DNA of 64,000 nt. Source: an uncultured Planctomycetia bacterium (GTDB lineage Bacteria > Omnitrophota > Gorgyraeia > Tantalellales > Tantalellaceae). The translations under genes were made by a program, and so were the position numbers. Of the stretch, positions 22,932 through 30,996 are shown piece by piece (within the stretch, counting starts at the first letter, position 1; every line of letters starts with the position of its first letter). The notes under the pieces are model-generated. The model saw nothing but the letters and a program-made list of their open reading frames with translations. It searched no databases and was not told the origin of the DNA. Location of the stretch: assembly GCA_964527765.1 (NCBI GenBank), contig CAZGQR010000003.1, positions 75,366-139,365 on the forward strand, in the 5' to 3' direction.

Positions 22932-24341
22932 TTATTTTCTTATAAGCGCAGTAAGCTTTTCTATAACGCTTTTTGTTTTTTTGTTTTCTTCGATCTCCCT
23001 GCTTATTTTATCACAAGCATGGAGCACCGTTGTGTGGTCTCTCCCCCCGAAGAAACCACCGATATCCGGCAGGGAATAATCCGTCATTTCCCGCGAAAGG
23101 TACATGGCAAGCTGCCGGGGGTATACTATGGCGCGCGTCCTCTTTTTTGTTTTCATGTCAGGTTCTTTGATGTCAAAAAAGCCCGCGACGACCTTTTGTA
23201 TCAGATCAACGGTTATCTTCTTCTCCTCGGCCGCCAACATGCCCCGGAGGACCTCTTTAGCAAGGGCGACCGTTATTTCCTGTCCTGTAAGTTTTGCGTA
23301 CGCGACGACACGGATAAGGGCCCCCTCCATTTCCCGGATGTTTGTCCGTATGTTCTCCGCGAGAAAATACAGGACCTCCTTGGGAACCTTTACAGATTCA
23401 TTCTCGCTCTTTTTTTCCATGATGGCTATCCGCGTTTCAAAGTCAGGCAGCTGTATATCGGCGATCAGGCCCCAGGCGAACCTGGACACCAGGCGCTCCT
23501 CGAGACCCTGTATTTCCTGGGGGGACCGGTCGCTGGAAAGGACGATCTGTTTGTGCGCGTCATGCAGCGCGTTGAACGTATGAAAGAACTCCTCCTGCGT
23601 GGACTCCTTTCCGGCAATGAACTGGATATCGTCTATAAGAAGGATATCGACGTTTCTGTATCTGGCGCGGAACTTCGGCGTGGCCTTGGTCCGTATGGCG
23701 TGTATCAGCTGGTTGGTAAATTCCTCGCTTGACATGTACAAGACCCGGGCCTTTGGATGCCCTTTCAGGATCTCCTGTCCCATGGCCTGCATCAGGTGGG
23801 TCTTGCCCAGGCCGACCCCGCCGTACAGGAACAGCGGATTGTAAACCTTGGAAAGCTTTTCACAGACAGCCAGCGCCGCAGCGTGCGCGAAGCGGTTGCT
23901 CCCCCCGACAACAAAATTGTCGAAAGTGTAGTTGGGGTTGAGCCCCAGTTCCCGGTGGCGGCTTTCCGGCACCTGCCGCGTGCTGCTGAACACGGACTTC
24001 AACCATCCGACCGACTGTTCTTTATCCTTGGCTTCCGCGGGAACGGCCGGGGAGGAAGCGCGCCTTTCCCCGCCGCCGTCTTTTGCGTCGCTCTCGGAGG
24101 GCTCTTCAACGATCTCGAACTTTACCAGCAGACTTTTCCCGGAAGCCTGCTGAAGTGCCGTCTTTACCAGGCTTATATATTTTTCCCGGATCCAGCTCTC
24201 AAAGAATTTATTAGGGACTCCGAGGGTGATGGACTTGCTGTCCAGAGAAACCTGTGTTATAGGAAGGAACCAGGCATTAAAAATCTGGTCGTTCACTTCA
24301 GACTGAAGAATGGATAAGGCCTTTTTCCAGATATTTTCCAT
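22932..24341 (-). CDS. dnaA: chromosomal replication initiator DnaA
   Basis: AAA+ motif GGVGLGKTHL and the C-terminal DNA-binding helix. 469 aa. Confidence 0.95.
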   Translation of the reverse strand: MENIWKKALSILQSEVNDQIFNAWFLPITQVSLDSKSITLGVPNKFFESWIREKYISLVKTALQQASGKSLLVKFEIVEEPSESDAKDGGGERRASSPAVPAEAKDKEQSVGWLKSVFSSTRQVPESRHRELGLNPNYTFDNFVVGGSNRFAHAAALAVCEKLSKVYNPLFLYGGVGLGKTHLMQAMGQEILKGHPKARVLYMSSEEFTNQLIHAIRTKATPKFRARYRNVDILLIDDIQFIAGKESTQEEFFHTFNALHDAHKQIVLSSDRSPQEIQGLEERLVSRFAWGLIADIQLPDFETRIAIMEKKSENESVKVPKEVLYFLAENIRTNIREMEGALIRVVAYAKLTGQEITVALAKEVLRGMLAAEEKKITVDLIQKVVAGFFDIKEPDMKTKKRTRAIVYPRQLAMYLSREMTDYSLPDIGGFFGGRDHTTVLHACDKISREIEENKKTKSVIEKLTALIRK

Positions 24342-24386
24342 TGCTGCGGGGCAAATCTATAATAAATTGATCAACAGAACGCCGAA

Positions 24387-24428
24387 ATTTTCCACAAAAA
24401 AGAAACGGGATATCAACAGGTTATCCAC
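24387..24428. promoter_or_regulatory. DnaA boxes upstream of dnaA
   Basis: TTTTCCACA (24387-24395) and a perfect TTATCCACA (24420-24428) in the dnaA-rpmH divergent region. Confidence 0.55.
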
Positions 24429-24550
24429 AGGCTGTGTGCAAGTGTTTTTCGAGATCCGGCAAACATTGAGATTCATTATATACGGTAGGCCCGCCCATTG
24501 CAAGCATTTTTTTTGAAAGAAAAAAGAGAATTTAAGCTCCCCAAAAAAAC

Positions 24551-24578
24551 TTGACTTAGCATTGGGTTGTGCTATAAT
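24551..24578 (+). promoter_or_regulatory. sigma70-type promoter for rpmH-rnpA-yidD-yidC
   Basis: TTGACT, 16-nt spacer, TATAAT. Confidence 0.5.
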
Positions 24579-24627
24579 CATAAAACTCATTTTCGGTTGA
24601 TTTATAGGAAGTAAAAGGAGCTTTTCC

Positions 24628-24765
24628 GTGAAGAAAACTCTAAGACCCAAGTCTAATCTGAAGCGTAAAAGGAAACACGGGTTCCGCAAGCGGAGCAAGT
24701 CTAAGGCGGGACGGGCGGTGTTAAGCCGGAGACGGAAAAAAGGCAAGAAAGTCCTGTCTGCGTGA
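24628..24765 (+). CDS. rpmH: 50S ribosomal protein L34 (GTG start; missing from the ORF track)
   Basis: Manual translation gives [56 protein letters not shown] upstream. Confidence 0.85.
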   Translation: MKKTLRPKSNLKRKRKHGFRKRSKSKAGRAVLSRRRKKGKKVLSA

Positions 24766-25112
24766 AAATAAGGCACATTTTAAAAGCGAAGGATTTTGCT
24801 GATATCGTAAAGAGCGGCGAAAGAGCGCGCGGGCGGACACTCGCTCTGTATGTCAAGCATGGAAGCGGGGAAGAAAAAACATCAGTCGGGGTTGTTGTCT
24901 CCAAAGAGTTCGCGCCCTCGGCCGTGAAAAGGAATTATATAAAACGCCTGGTTTATTCGTACTTTCAGGACCGCGAACAGCCCCTGTCGCAAGGGATCAG
25001 GGTGGTTGTCAGGCTGATCAGGGACGTCAAGGAACTGAGAAGGAAGCCCCTGTCGCAAGGGATCAGGGGAGAGCTCGAGGCCCTGGCAAAGAAAATCGGG
25101 ATAAAAGCATGA
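24762..25112 (+). CDS. rnpA: RNase P protein component
   Basis: GTG start overlapping the rpmH stop (GTGA). Carries the KRNYIKRL motif and an internal in-frame 22-codon-spaced repeat. Confidence 0.85.
   Translation: MKIRHILKAKDFADIVKSGERARGRTLALYVKHGSGEEKTSVGVVVSKEFAPSAVKRNYIKRLVYSYFQDREQPLSQGIRVVVRLIRDVKELRRKPLSQGIRGELEALAKKIGIKA
24980..25068 (+). repeat. perfect 23-nt direct repeat inside rnpA (GCCCCTGTCGCAAGGGATCAGGG twice, 66 nt apart, in frame)
   Basis: Copies at 24980-25002 and 25046-25068. They encode PLSQGIR twice. Confidence 0.8.
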
Positions 25113-25324
25113 AGAGACTCATGATCGCGGCGATAAAAGGATACAAAAAATTCATAAGCCCTTACATTATAAGGAGTTGCAGATACGCGCCCACCTGTTC
25201 CGAATACGCCGTAGAGGCCCTGGAAAAATTTGGTTTTTTCCGGGGGATCATGATGGCCGCCTGGAGGATCCTGCGGTGTAATCCTTTCTCTCGCGGGGGT
25301 TTTGATCCCGTGACCAAGGAGTAG
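25109..25324 (+). CDS. yidD: membrane protein insertion efficiency factor
   Basis: 71 aa, CRYAPTCSEYA motif, overlaps the rnpA stop. Confidence 0.85.
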   Translation: MKRLMIAAIKGYKKFISPYIIRSCRYAPTCSEYAVEALEKFGFFRGIMMAAWRILRCNPFSRGGFDPVTKE

Positions 25325-25341
25325 CAAGAAGGAATTATTCG

Positions 25342-26964
25342 ATGGAAAAAAGGATGATCATAGCGATAGCGTTATCTTTGTTGGTCCTGCTGGGCTTTCA
25401 AGGGCTGGTCGCCAAAAGACACGCGCGTGTCCAGGTCGCGACCCCGGCTCCCTCCATGGGGGCGCCTGCCGGAACGGCTGAGAGGCCTCCCGCCGGCGAG
25501 ACCGCGATCCCGGCGGCAAAGTCCCGACAGGTTCCTGCCGGGGAAACCCTGGAAGAAAACATTACGGAGATCCGAACGGAGCTCTATGCGCTCGCCTTTT
25601 CCGATATGGGCGGGAGCCTGAGGAAACTGTCCTTGAACGAATATCGGAAACAGGACGAGGAAGAAGTTCTTTATGATGAGGAGAACCCGGCGGAAAGGCT
25701 CTTTGCCATGCGGAGCGAGCTTTCCCCGGGGTTAGAAAACAGGAAATTCGAATTGTTCAAAACAAGCGGGACGCTGGAATACAAGCTAACTGATCCGGGC
25801 TGGCTAGAGATAACGAAACGGTACACTTTTCACAAGTCTTTTGGTTATATCGACTTAGAGGTTTTCGCCAAAAACCTTTCGCCACGCAGAATCGTTTTTT
25901 CATATCAGATCGTAGGCCCTTCCGGGCTGGAAAGATCGGATCACATCGCCGGGAGAAGCTTTTTACAGGCGGATACGATGATAGACGGCAAGCTCTGGAA
26001 AATAAAATCTGTGAAGGGAGTGCAGGAGAGAACCGGGGACATATCCTGGACAGCGCTTAAGAACAGATACTTTGCGCTGATGCTCAAGCCATTCAACGCG
26101 CCCAGATCCGTGGCAATAACACAAACCGGGGACAAAAACTTTTTAATCGCCCTGAACAGCCGGACCTGCGAGCTGGAACCCGGGACGGAAACTGAAGACC
26201 GGTACCTGCTGTATGCGGGGCCTTTGGATGAGGAAAGAATCGCGGCAGCCGGCTATGATATGCAGAAGGTAGTGGATTACGGCTTTTTCGGGGGGGTCAG
26301 CAAGGCGCTGCTCTCTGTGTTACGCTTTTTCCACAAGTGGGCGCACAACTGGGGGGTGGCGATAATCCTTCTTACCATCCTGATCAATGCCGTCTTGTTC
26401 CCGCTCACGGTCAAGAGTTTTTCTTCGATGCAGCAAATGAAAACAATTCAGCCGCACATACAAAAACTGAAGGAGCTCCACAAAGATAACCCGCAGAAAC
26501 TCAACAAGGAGATGATGGAGCTATATAAGAAATACAACGTAAACCCTCTTGGCGGATGCCTGCCGCTGCTTTTGCAGATGCCCATATTTATAGCTCTTTA
26601 CCAGGGCCTCATGCGGTCCGTTGAGCTGAAAGGGGCGCAGTTTCTGTGGATAAAGGATCTGGCGAAGCCGGATGCGGTCCCCCTCCCGTTTTCTTTGCCG
26701 GTTATCGGCACGAATATAAACATTTTGCCGCTTCTTATGGTAGGCGTTATGATGTTACAGCAGAAGATCTCTCAGGGGGCTGCAGCCGGGACGATGACAA
26801 GCGAACAAGCCAGTCAGCAGAAAATGATGATGATGGCCATGCCTCTGCTTTTCGGCGTCCTTTTTTACAAGATGCCGGCGGGGTTGGTTCTTTACTGGCT
26901 GACGAACACGATCCTGATGACTGCGGAACAGAGTCTTATCAGCAAGCGCATAAGCAGAAATTAA
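25342..26964 (+). CDS. yidC: membrane protein insertase YidC
   Basis: 540 aa. N-terminal TM plus periplasmic domain, and a C-terminal 60 kDa-IMP core (NPLGGCLPLLLQMPIF). Confidence 0.9.
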   Translation: MEKRMIIAIALSLLVLLGFQGLVAKRHARVQVATPAPSMGAPAGTAERPPAGETAIPAAKSRQVPAGETLEENITEIRTELYALAFSDMGGSLRKLSLNEYRKQDEEEVLYDEENPAERLFAMRSELSPGLENRKFELFKTSGTLEYKLTDPGWLEITKRYTFHKSFGYIDLEVFAKNLSPRRIVFSYQIVGPSGLERSDHIAGRSFLQADTMIDGKLWKIKSVKGVQERTGDISWTALKNRYFALMLKPFNAPRSVAITQTGDKNFLIALNSRTCELEPGTETEDRYLLYAGPLDEERIAAAGYDMQKVVDYGFFGGVSKALLSVLRFFHKWAHNWGVAIILLTILINAVLFPLTVKSFSSMQQMKTIQPHIQKLKELHKDNPQKLNKEMMELYKKYNVNPLGGCLPLLLQMPIFIALYQGLMRSVELKGAQFLWIKDLAKPDAVPLPFSLPVIGTNINILPLLMVGVMMLQQKISQGAAAGTMTSEQASQQKMMMMAMPLLFGVLFYKMPAGLVLYWLTNTILMTAEQSLISKRISRN

Positions 26965-26971
26965 GGCCGCC

Positions 26972-27172
26972 ATGAAAAAAGCAAAGCTCACTAAAACCAT
27001 AGAAGTAGAAGCTACCACCAGAGAAGAAGCTATTCGAAAAGCGCTCAAGACATTAGATGCCCACAGAGAAGATGTGACCATAAGGGTTATCCAGGAAGAA
27101 AGTAAAGGCCTTTTTGGCATGGAAGGCGCCAAACCCGCCAAAGTAAAAGTCACCCTCAAATCCCACAAATAA
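26972..27172 (+). CDS. Jag_N-domain-only protein (KhpB/Jag N-terminal domain; KH and R3H domains absent)
   Basis: 66 aa. ...EEAIRKALKTLDAHREDVTIRVIQEESKGLFGMEGAKPAKVKV matches the Jag N-terminal domain. Sits at the usual jag position after yidC. Confidence 0.55.
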   Translation: MKKAKLTKTIEVEATTREEAIRKALKTLDAHREDVTIRVIQEESKGLFGMEGAKPAKVKVTLKSHK

Positions 27173-27215
27173 GCAGATTCCAGGCAACCATTCAAGCGCT
27201 CAAAGTGCGACGCAA

Positions 27216-27292
27216 GGACCGTTTGTCATGCTCCTACCAGGGCCCCTCCGCCCGGTGTGGATCCTCCCTGTACGGAGCATGACAAACGGTCC
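27216..27292. repeat. perfect 19-bp inverted repeat (GGACCGTTTGTCATGCTCC / GGAGCATGACAAACGGTCC) with a 39-nt loop
   Basis: Arms at 27216-27234 and 27274-27292. No T-tract follows. Confidence 0.8.
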
Positions 27293-27301
27293 AACCGCTG
27301 G

Positions 27302-27325
27302 CTACCTTGGTTTCCACGTGGAAAC
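27302..27325. promoter_or_regulatory. parS-like 16-bp palindrome GTTTCCACGTGGAAAC (copy 1, 5' flank CCTTGG)
   Basis: Perfect palindrome. It equals the parS consensus tGTTTCACGTGAAACa with one extra base in each half-site. Confidence 0.5.
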
Positions 27326-27385
27326 TTTTACTTTAATGCACCATTATTCCGGACCGGAAAAACATCAACTATTTTGCCCCTGCCC

Positions 27386-27414
27386 TTGACTTTGTGAAAA
27401 TCATGTGCTATATT
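27386..27414 (+). promoter_or_regulatory. sigma70-type promoter for parAB
   Basis: TTGACT, 17-nt spacer, TATATT. Confidence 0.5.
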
Positions 27415-27457
27415 TTTTGCAAATAAAAAGTTTCACCCGCACAGTTGATCAAAGATA

Positions 27458-27478
27458 TTTCCACGTGGAAACCAAGAG
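27458..27478. promoter_or_regulatory. parS-like palindrome TTTCCACGTGGAAACC (copy 2, 3' flank CCAAGAGG, inverted relative to copy 1)
   Basis: Same 16-bp core with the mirrored flank. Lies between the promoter and the parA start. Confidence 0.5.
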
Positions 27479-27496
27479 GCGGACAGCGAAAACAGC

Positions 27497-28315
27497 ATGA
27501 AAAAAATAGCTTTCTGTAATCAAAAAGGCGGTGTGGCAAAAACGACGTCGGCCTTAAATATTGCTGCGTACCTCGCCTTGAATGGCAAAAAAACCCTTCT
27601 GATCGACCTGGACCCTCAGGCTAACGCCACCAGCGGACTCGGCATCAATAAAGACGAAATACGACACAGCATTTATAATGTTCTCCATGAACACATCGGG
27701 CTGGATGAGGCCATCAAACCTACCGAGATCGACCTCCTGTCAGTGCTCCCCTCAAACATAAATTTGACCGGGGCGGAAGTTGAATTGGTAAATGTTATGG
27801 GCAGAGAGTACCGTCTCAAAAAAGCCGTGCAGGAGGTGCAAGGGAGTTTCGAGTTTATAATCTTTGACTGCCCGCCCTCCTTGGGCCTTTTGACGATAAA
27901 CGGGCTGACCGCAGCGAATTCGGTGATCATCCCCATTCAGTGCGAATACTACGCGCTCGAGGGGTTGAGCCAATTGATCAAGACAGTAAATCTCGTCCGG
28001 GAGAATCTCAACGGAAAACTGGAGATAGAAGGTGTTTTAATGACGTTGGCGGACTACCGGACAAATTTGACGAAAGAAGTCATAGGTGAAGTCAAACAGT
28101 ATTTTGGCGACAAGGTATATAAGTCTATAATCCCGCGGACAATAAAGCTTACAGAAGCCCCGGGGTTTGGAAAACCGATAGCTCTTTATGCAAAAGATTC
28201 GGTTGGCGCAAAAAAATATGAGGAAGTGACCCGGGAGATCCTCAAGCTCCCACTAAAAACAGAACCCATTGAAAATGAAGGAGTTACAACAAATATGGAG
28301 GAAAGTTATGGATAA
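27497..28315 (+). CDS. parA: chromosome partitioning ATPase ParA/Soj
   Basis: Deviant Walker A (NQKGGVAKTT), 272 aa. Confidence 0.9.
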   Translation: MKKIAFCNQKGGVAKTTSALNIAAYLALNGKKTLLIDLDPQANATSGLGINKDEIRHSIYNVLHEHIGLDEAIKPTEIDLLSVLPSNINLTGAEVELVNVMGREYRLKKAVQEVQGSFEFIIFDCPPSLGLLTINGLTAANSVIIPIQCEYYALEGLSQLIKTVNLVRENLNGKLEIEGVLMTLADYRTNLTKEVIGEVKQYFGDKVYKSIIPRTIKLTEAPGFGKPIALYAKDSVGAKKYEEVTREILKLPLKTEPIENEGVTTNMEESYG

Positions 28316-29141
28316 AAGACTGGGGAAAGGATTAGACGCTCTTATTTCGGAAGATGTCAGTAAAGGCAAAGAAAAGGTTGAAAAAATCAGAACATCAGAG
28401 ATCGCGCCCAATCCCCTTCAACCAAGAAAAAGGTTCAGCGAAGAAAAAATGGACGAACTTATTTGTTCCATACGGGAAAAAGGAGTCATCCAGCCGGTGT
28501 TGCTCAGGCCCACAGGAGGAGGATACGAGCTTGTTGCGGGGGAACGGCGCTGGCGGGCCGCGCAAAAACTGCAGATCGAAGAAGTTCCCGCCATAATAAG
28601 AGACGACATAGACGACGCCAACAGCCTGGAGATCTCGCTTATTGAAAACATCCAGAGAGAAGAGCTGAACCCCATAGAAGAAGCGAATGCTTATCAGGAA
28701 TTGATCGGCCAGTTTGAATATACGCTGGACAAGGTCGGGCAGATGATGGGAAAGGACAAAACAACGGTTTCCAACAGCCTGCGGCTGTTGACCCTCCCGG
28801 AGGAGATACAGAACTATGTTGAAGAGGGGAAGATCTCTGCCGGCCACGCTAAGGCCATCCTGTCCATCACCAGCGAACAGAAGAGGAAAAAAATCGCCAA
28901 AACAATAATGCGAAAAGGAATTTCCGTCCGGGAAACGGAACAGCTGGTGCGTAAGCTTACGGAATCGAAACCGAAGCTGAAAAGAACGAAGGAACCCGAA
29001 ATAGCGCAGATCGAAGAGGCCTTGCAGCACAAACTTGGCACAAAAGTGACCGTTCACAAAGGGCAAAAAAGGGGGCGCATCGAGATCCAGTATTTTTCCA
29101 ATGAAGACCTTCAGCGTTTATTGCGGCTGATCCTTCAGTAG
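28308..29141 (+). CDS. parB: chromosome partitioning protein ParB/Spo0J
   Basis: Start placed at MDKRLGKGLDALI, which has a GGAGG RBS 8 nt upstream. ParB box GERRWRAA. The track ORF's upstream ATG has no RBS. Confidence 0.9.
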   Translation: MDKRLGKGLDALISEDVSKGKEKVEKIRTSEIAPNPLQPRKRFSEEKMDELICSIREKGVIQPVLLRPTGGGYELVAGERRWRAAQKLQIEEVPAIIRDDIDDANSLEISLIENIQREELNPIEEANAYQELIGQFEYTLDKVGQMMGKDKTTVSNSLRLLTLPEEIQNYVEEGKISAGHAKAILSITSEQKRKKIAKTIMRKGISVRETEQLVRKLTESKPKLKRTKEPEIAQIEEALQHKLGTKVTVHKGQKRGRIEIQYFSNEDLQRLLRLILQ

Positions 29142-29156
29142 GGGGGCGAATAGAGA

Positions 29157-29210
29157 GGGGCGGATCCGGCATTATCCAGCAGGAAAGCGGGCCCGCCCCG
29201 TTTTTTATTT
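29157..29210 (+). terminator. probable intrinsic terminator downstream of parB
   Basis: GC-rich stem GGGGCGG...CCGCCCC (inner GCGGGCCCGC) followed by GTTTTTTATTTT. Confidence 0.45.
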
Positions 29211-29224
29211 TCCCGCGAAAACGC

Positions 29225-29365
29225 TTGACATTATACCGCTAAAGTAGTATTATCCTTTGAGAGAAAAGACCTTTTAAACTGGTCCGGAGAGACCTGAAAA
29301 GGAGCAAAGAATGAATAAATTAAAGTTGATAAGCCTGCTTGTCTCGTGACAGGGAGGCTTTTTTT
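29225..29365 (+). promoter_or_regulatory. pyr operon leader: promoter, PyrR-binding loop, 12-aa leader ORF, attenuator terminator
   Basis: TTGACA, 17-nt spacer, TATTAT at 29225-29253. GGUCCGGAGAGACC at 29281-29294 matches the PyrR-binding consensus RUCCnGnGAGG. Leader [15 protein letters not shown] at 29311-29349 has an AAAAGGAG RBS. A hairpin plus TTTTTTT follows at ~29330-29364. Confidence 0.6.
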
Positions 29366-29407
29366 GTGTCTATGGACCGGGCCAGGGGAAAGAGACAGAG
29401 GGACGAG

Positions 29408-29947
29408 ATGGAACTTAAACTAAAGTCAAGGATACTGGATGCAGAGGGCATAAAAAGAACGCTACAGAGGATATCCCATGAAATACTGGAAAAGAACCAG
29501 GGCGGGGTCGAATTGGCCATAATCGGCATACGGTGCAGAGGAGCATATCTGGCCGAAAGAATAGCGGAGAACATAAAGACGATCGAAGGAAAAGAAACCC
29601 CGGTGGGAGCGCTGGACATCACCATGTACAGAGACGACCTTACGGAGATCGCGGAACAACCGGTGGTGCATTCGACGGAAATAGAGTTCGATATAACAGG
29701 CAAAAAGATCATTCTTGTGGATGATGTCCTGTTTTCCGGGCGGACAGTGAGATGCGCCCTGGATGAGCTTATCGATTTCGGCAGGCCGGCGAATATCCAG
29801 CTGGCGGTTCTTATAGACCGCGGGCACAGGGAATTGCCGATAAGGCCGGATTTTGTCGGGAAGAACATTCCGACGGCAAAGGAAGAAAGCGTCGAAGTGA
29901 GACTGAAAAATGTGGATGGAGTGGAGGAAGTGGTTGTCTTAGCATAA
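29408..29947 (+). CDS. pyrR: bifunctional pyr operon regulator / uracil phosphoribosyltransferase PyrR
   Basis: Start at [11 protein letters not shown] aligns with the PyrR N-terminus. PRPP-binding [12 protein letters not shown]. Confidence 0.85.
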   Translation: MELKLKSRILDAEGIKRTLQRISHEILEKNQGGVELAIIGIRCRGAYLAERIAENIKTIEGKETPVGALDITMYRDDLTEIAEQPVVHSTEIEFDITGKKIILVDDVLFSGRTVRCALDELIDFGRPANIQLAVLIDRGHRELPIRPDFVGKNIPTAKEESVEVRLKNVDGVEEVVVLA

Positions 29948-29963
29948 AACGGGGACTGAAGCC

Positions 29964-30962
29964 ATGAGCACGAAAAATACCGTAAAATGGACAAAGAAAC
30001 ATCTTCTGGGGATCGAAGACCTTTCCGCGGAAGAAATACAGCTTATACTTGATCATGCCGTGGGGTTCAAGGAAGTGCTGGAGAGGCCCATACCAAAAGT
30101 CCCCACCTTGAGAGGCAAGACCATCGTTAATATGTTCTGTGAGCCCTCCACAAGGACGCGCTCTTCGTTCGAGCTTGCGGCCAAGAGATTGAGCGCGGAC
30201 ACGCTGAATCTTGCGACGGCATCTTCCAGCTTCCTTAAAGGAGAAACCCTGAAAGATACGGCCAGGAACATCGAGGCGATGAAAGTGGACATGATCGTCA
30301 TGCGCCACGCGTGCCCCGGAGCGCCCCATTTTCTTTCCGGCTGTGTAGGGGCATCGGTGATCAACGCCGGGGACGGAGCCCACGAGCACCCCACCCAGGC
30401 CCTGCTTGACGTGTTCACGATCAGGGAAAAGCTGGGGAAGGTAAAGGGCCTTAAGGTCAGCATAATAGGGGATATTGCCCATTCGAGGGTCGCCCGGAGC
30501 AATATCTGGGCATTAACAAAATTGGGAGCAAAGGTTACGGTGTGCGGTCCCAAGACTTTGATCCCGGTCGAGATAGAAAAAATGGGGGTCAGAGCCACGT
30601 ATGACGTAAAAGAAGCGCTGAGTGGGGCGGATGTCCTGAACATGTTAAGGATACAGCTCGAAAGGCAGAAAAGGCCCCTTTTCCCCAGCATACGGGAGTA
30701 TGTAAGGGAGTTCGGCATAAACTCCCGCCTTTTAGAGAAACACGCTAAAAAAGAGGTGATGATAATGCATCCGGGGCCGATAAATAGAGGCGTTGAGCTC
30801 AGCCAGGATGTTGCGGACGGAGAGTATTCCGTTATACTCAACCAGGTAACGAACGGTGTTGCAGTAAGAATGGCGGTGTTATTTCTGCTGGGACACGTTA
30901 AAAAGGAACAAGTGGGGGAACAGCACAAGAAAATGATGAAAAACAAGCTGACAATCCCATAA
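29964..30962 (+). CDS. pyrB: aspartate carbamoyltransferase catalytic subunit
   Basis: STRTR motif ([11 protein letters not shown]) and HPGP. About 20 aa longer than usual at the C-terminus. Confidence 0.9.
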   Translation: MSTKNTVKWTKKHLLGIEDLSAEEIQLILDHAVGFKEVLERPIPKVPTLRGKTIVNMFCEPSTRTRSSFELAAKRLSADTLNLATASSSFLKGETLKDTARNIEAMKVDMIVMRHACPGAPHFLSGCVGASVINAGDGAHEHPTQALLDVFTIREKLGKVKGLKVSIIGDIAHSRVARSNIWALTKLGAKVTVCGPKTLIPVEIEKMGVRATYDVKEALSGADVLNMLRIQLERQKRPLFPSIREYVREFGINSRLLEKHAKKEVMIMHPGPINRGVELSQDVADGEYSVILNQVTNGVAVRMAVLFLLGHVKKEQVGEQHKKMMKNKLTIP

Positions 30963-30996
30963 ATATGCTTAAATAAAGGTCAAAAGTGGAGCAAAT

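Noticed and set aside
27173-27496. Possible degraded remainder of jag (pseudogene)
   Set aside because: No frame in the spacer encodes KH- or R3H-like sequence. The spacer is instead occupied by a hairpin, parS-like sites and a promoter.
28269-28307. Upstream ATG for parB
   Set aside because: It has no RBS. The ATG at 28308 has GGAGG at the right spacing, and the protein then begins with the canonical ParB N-terminus.
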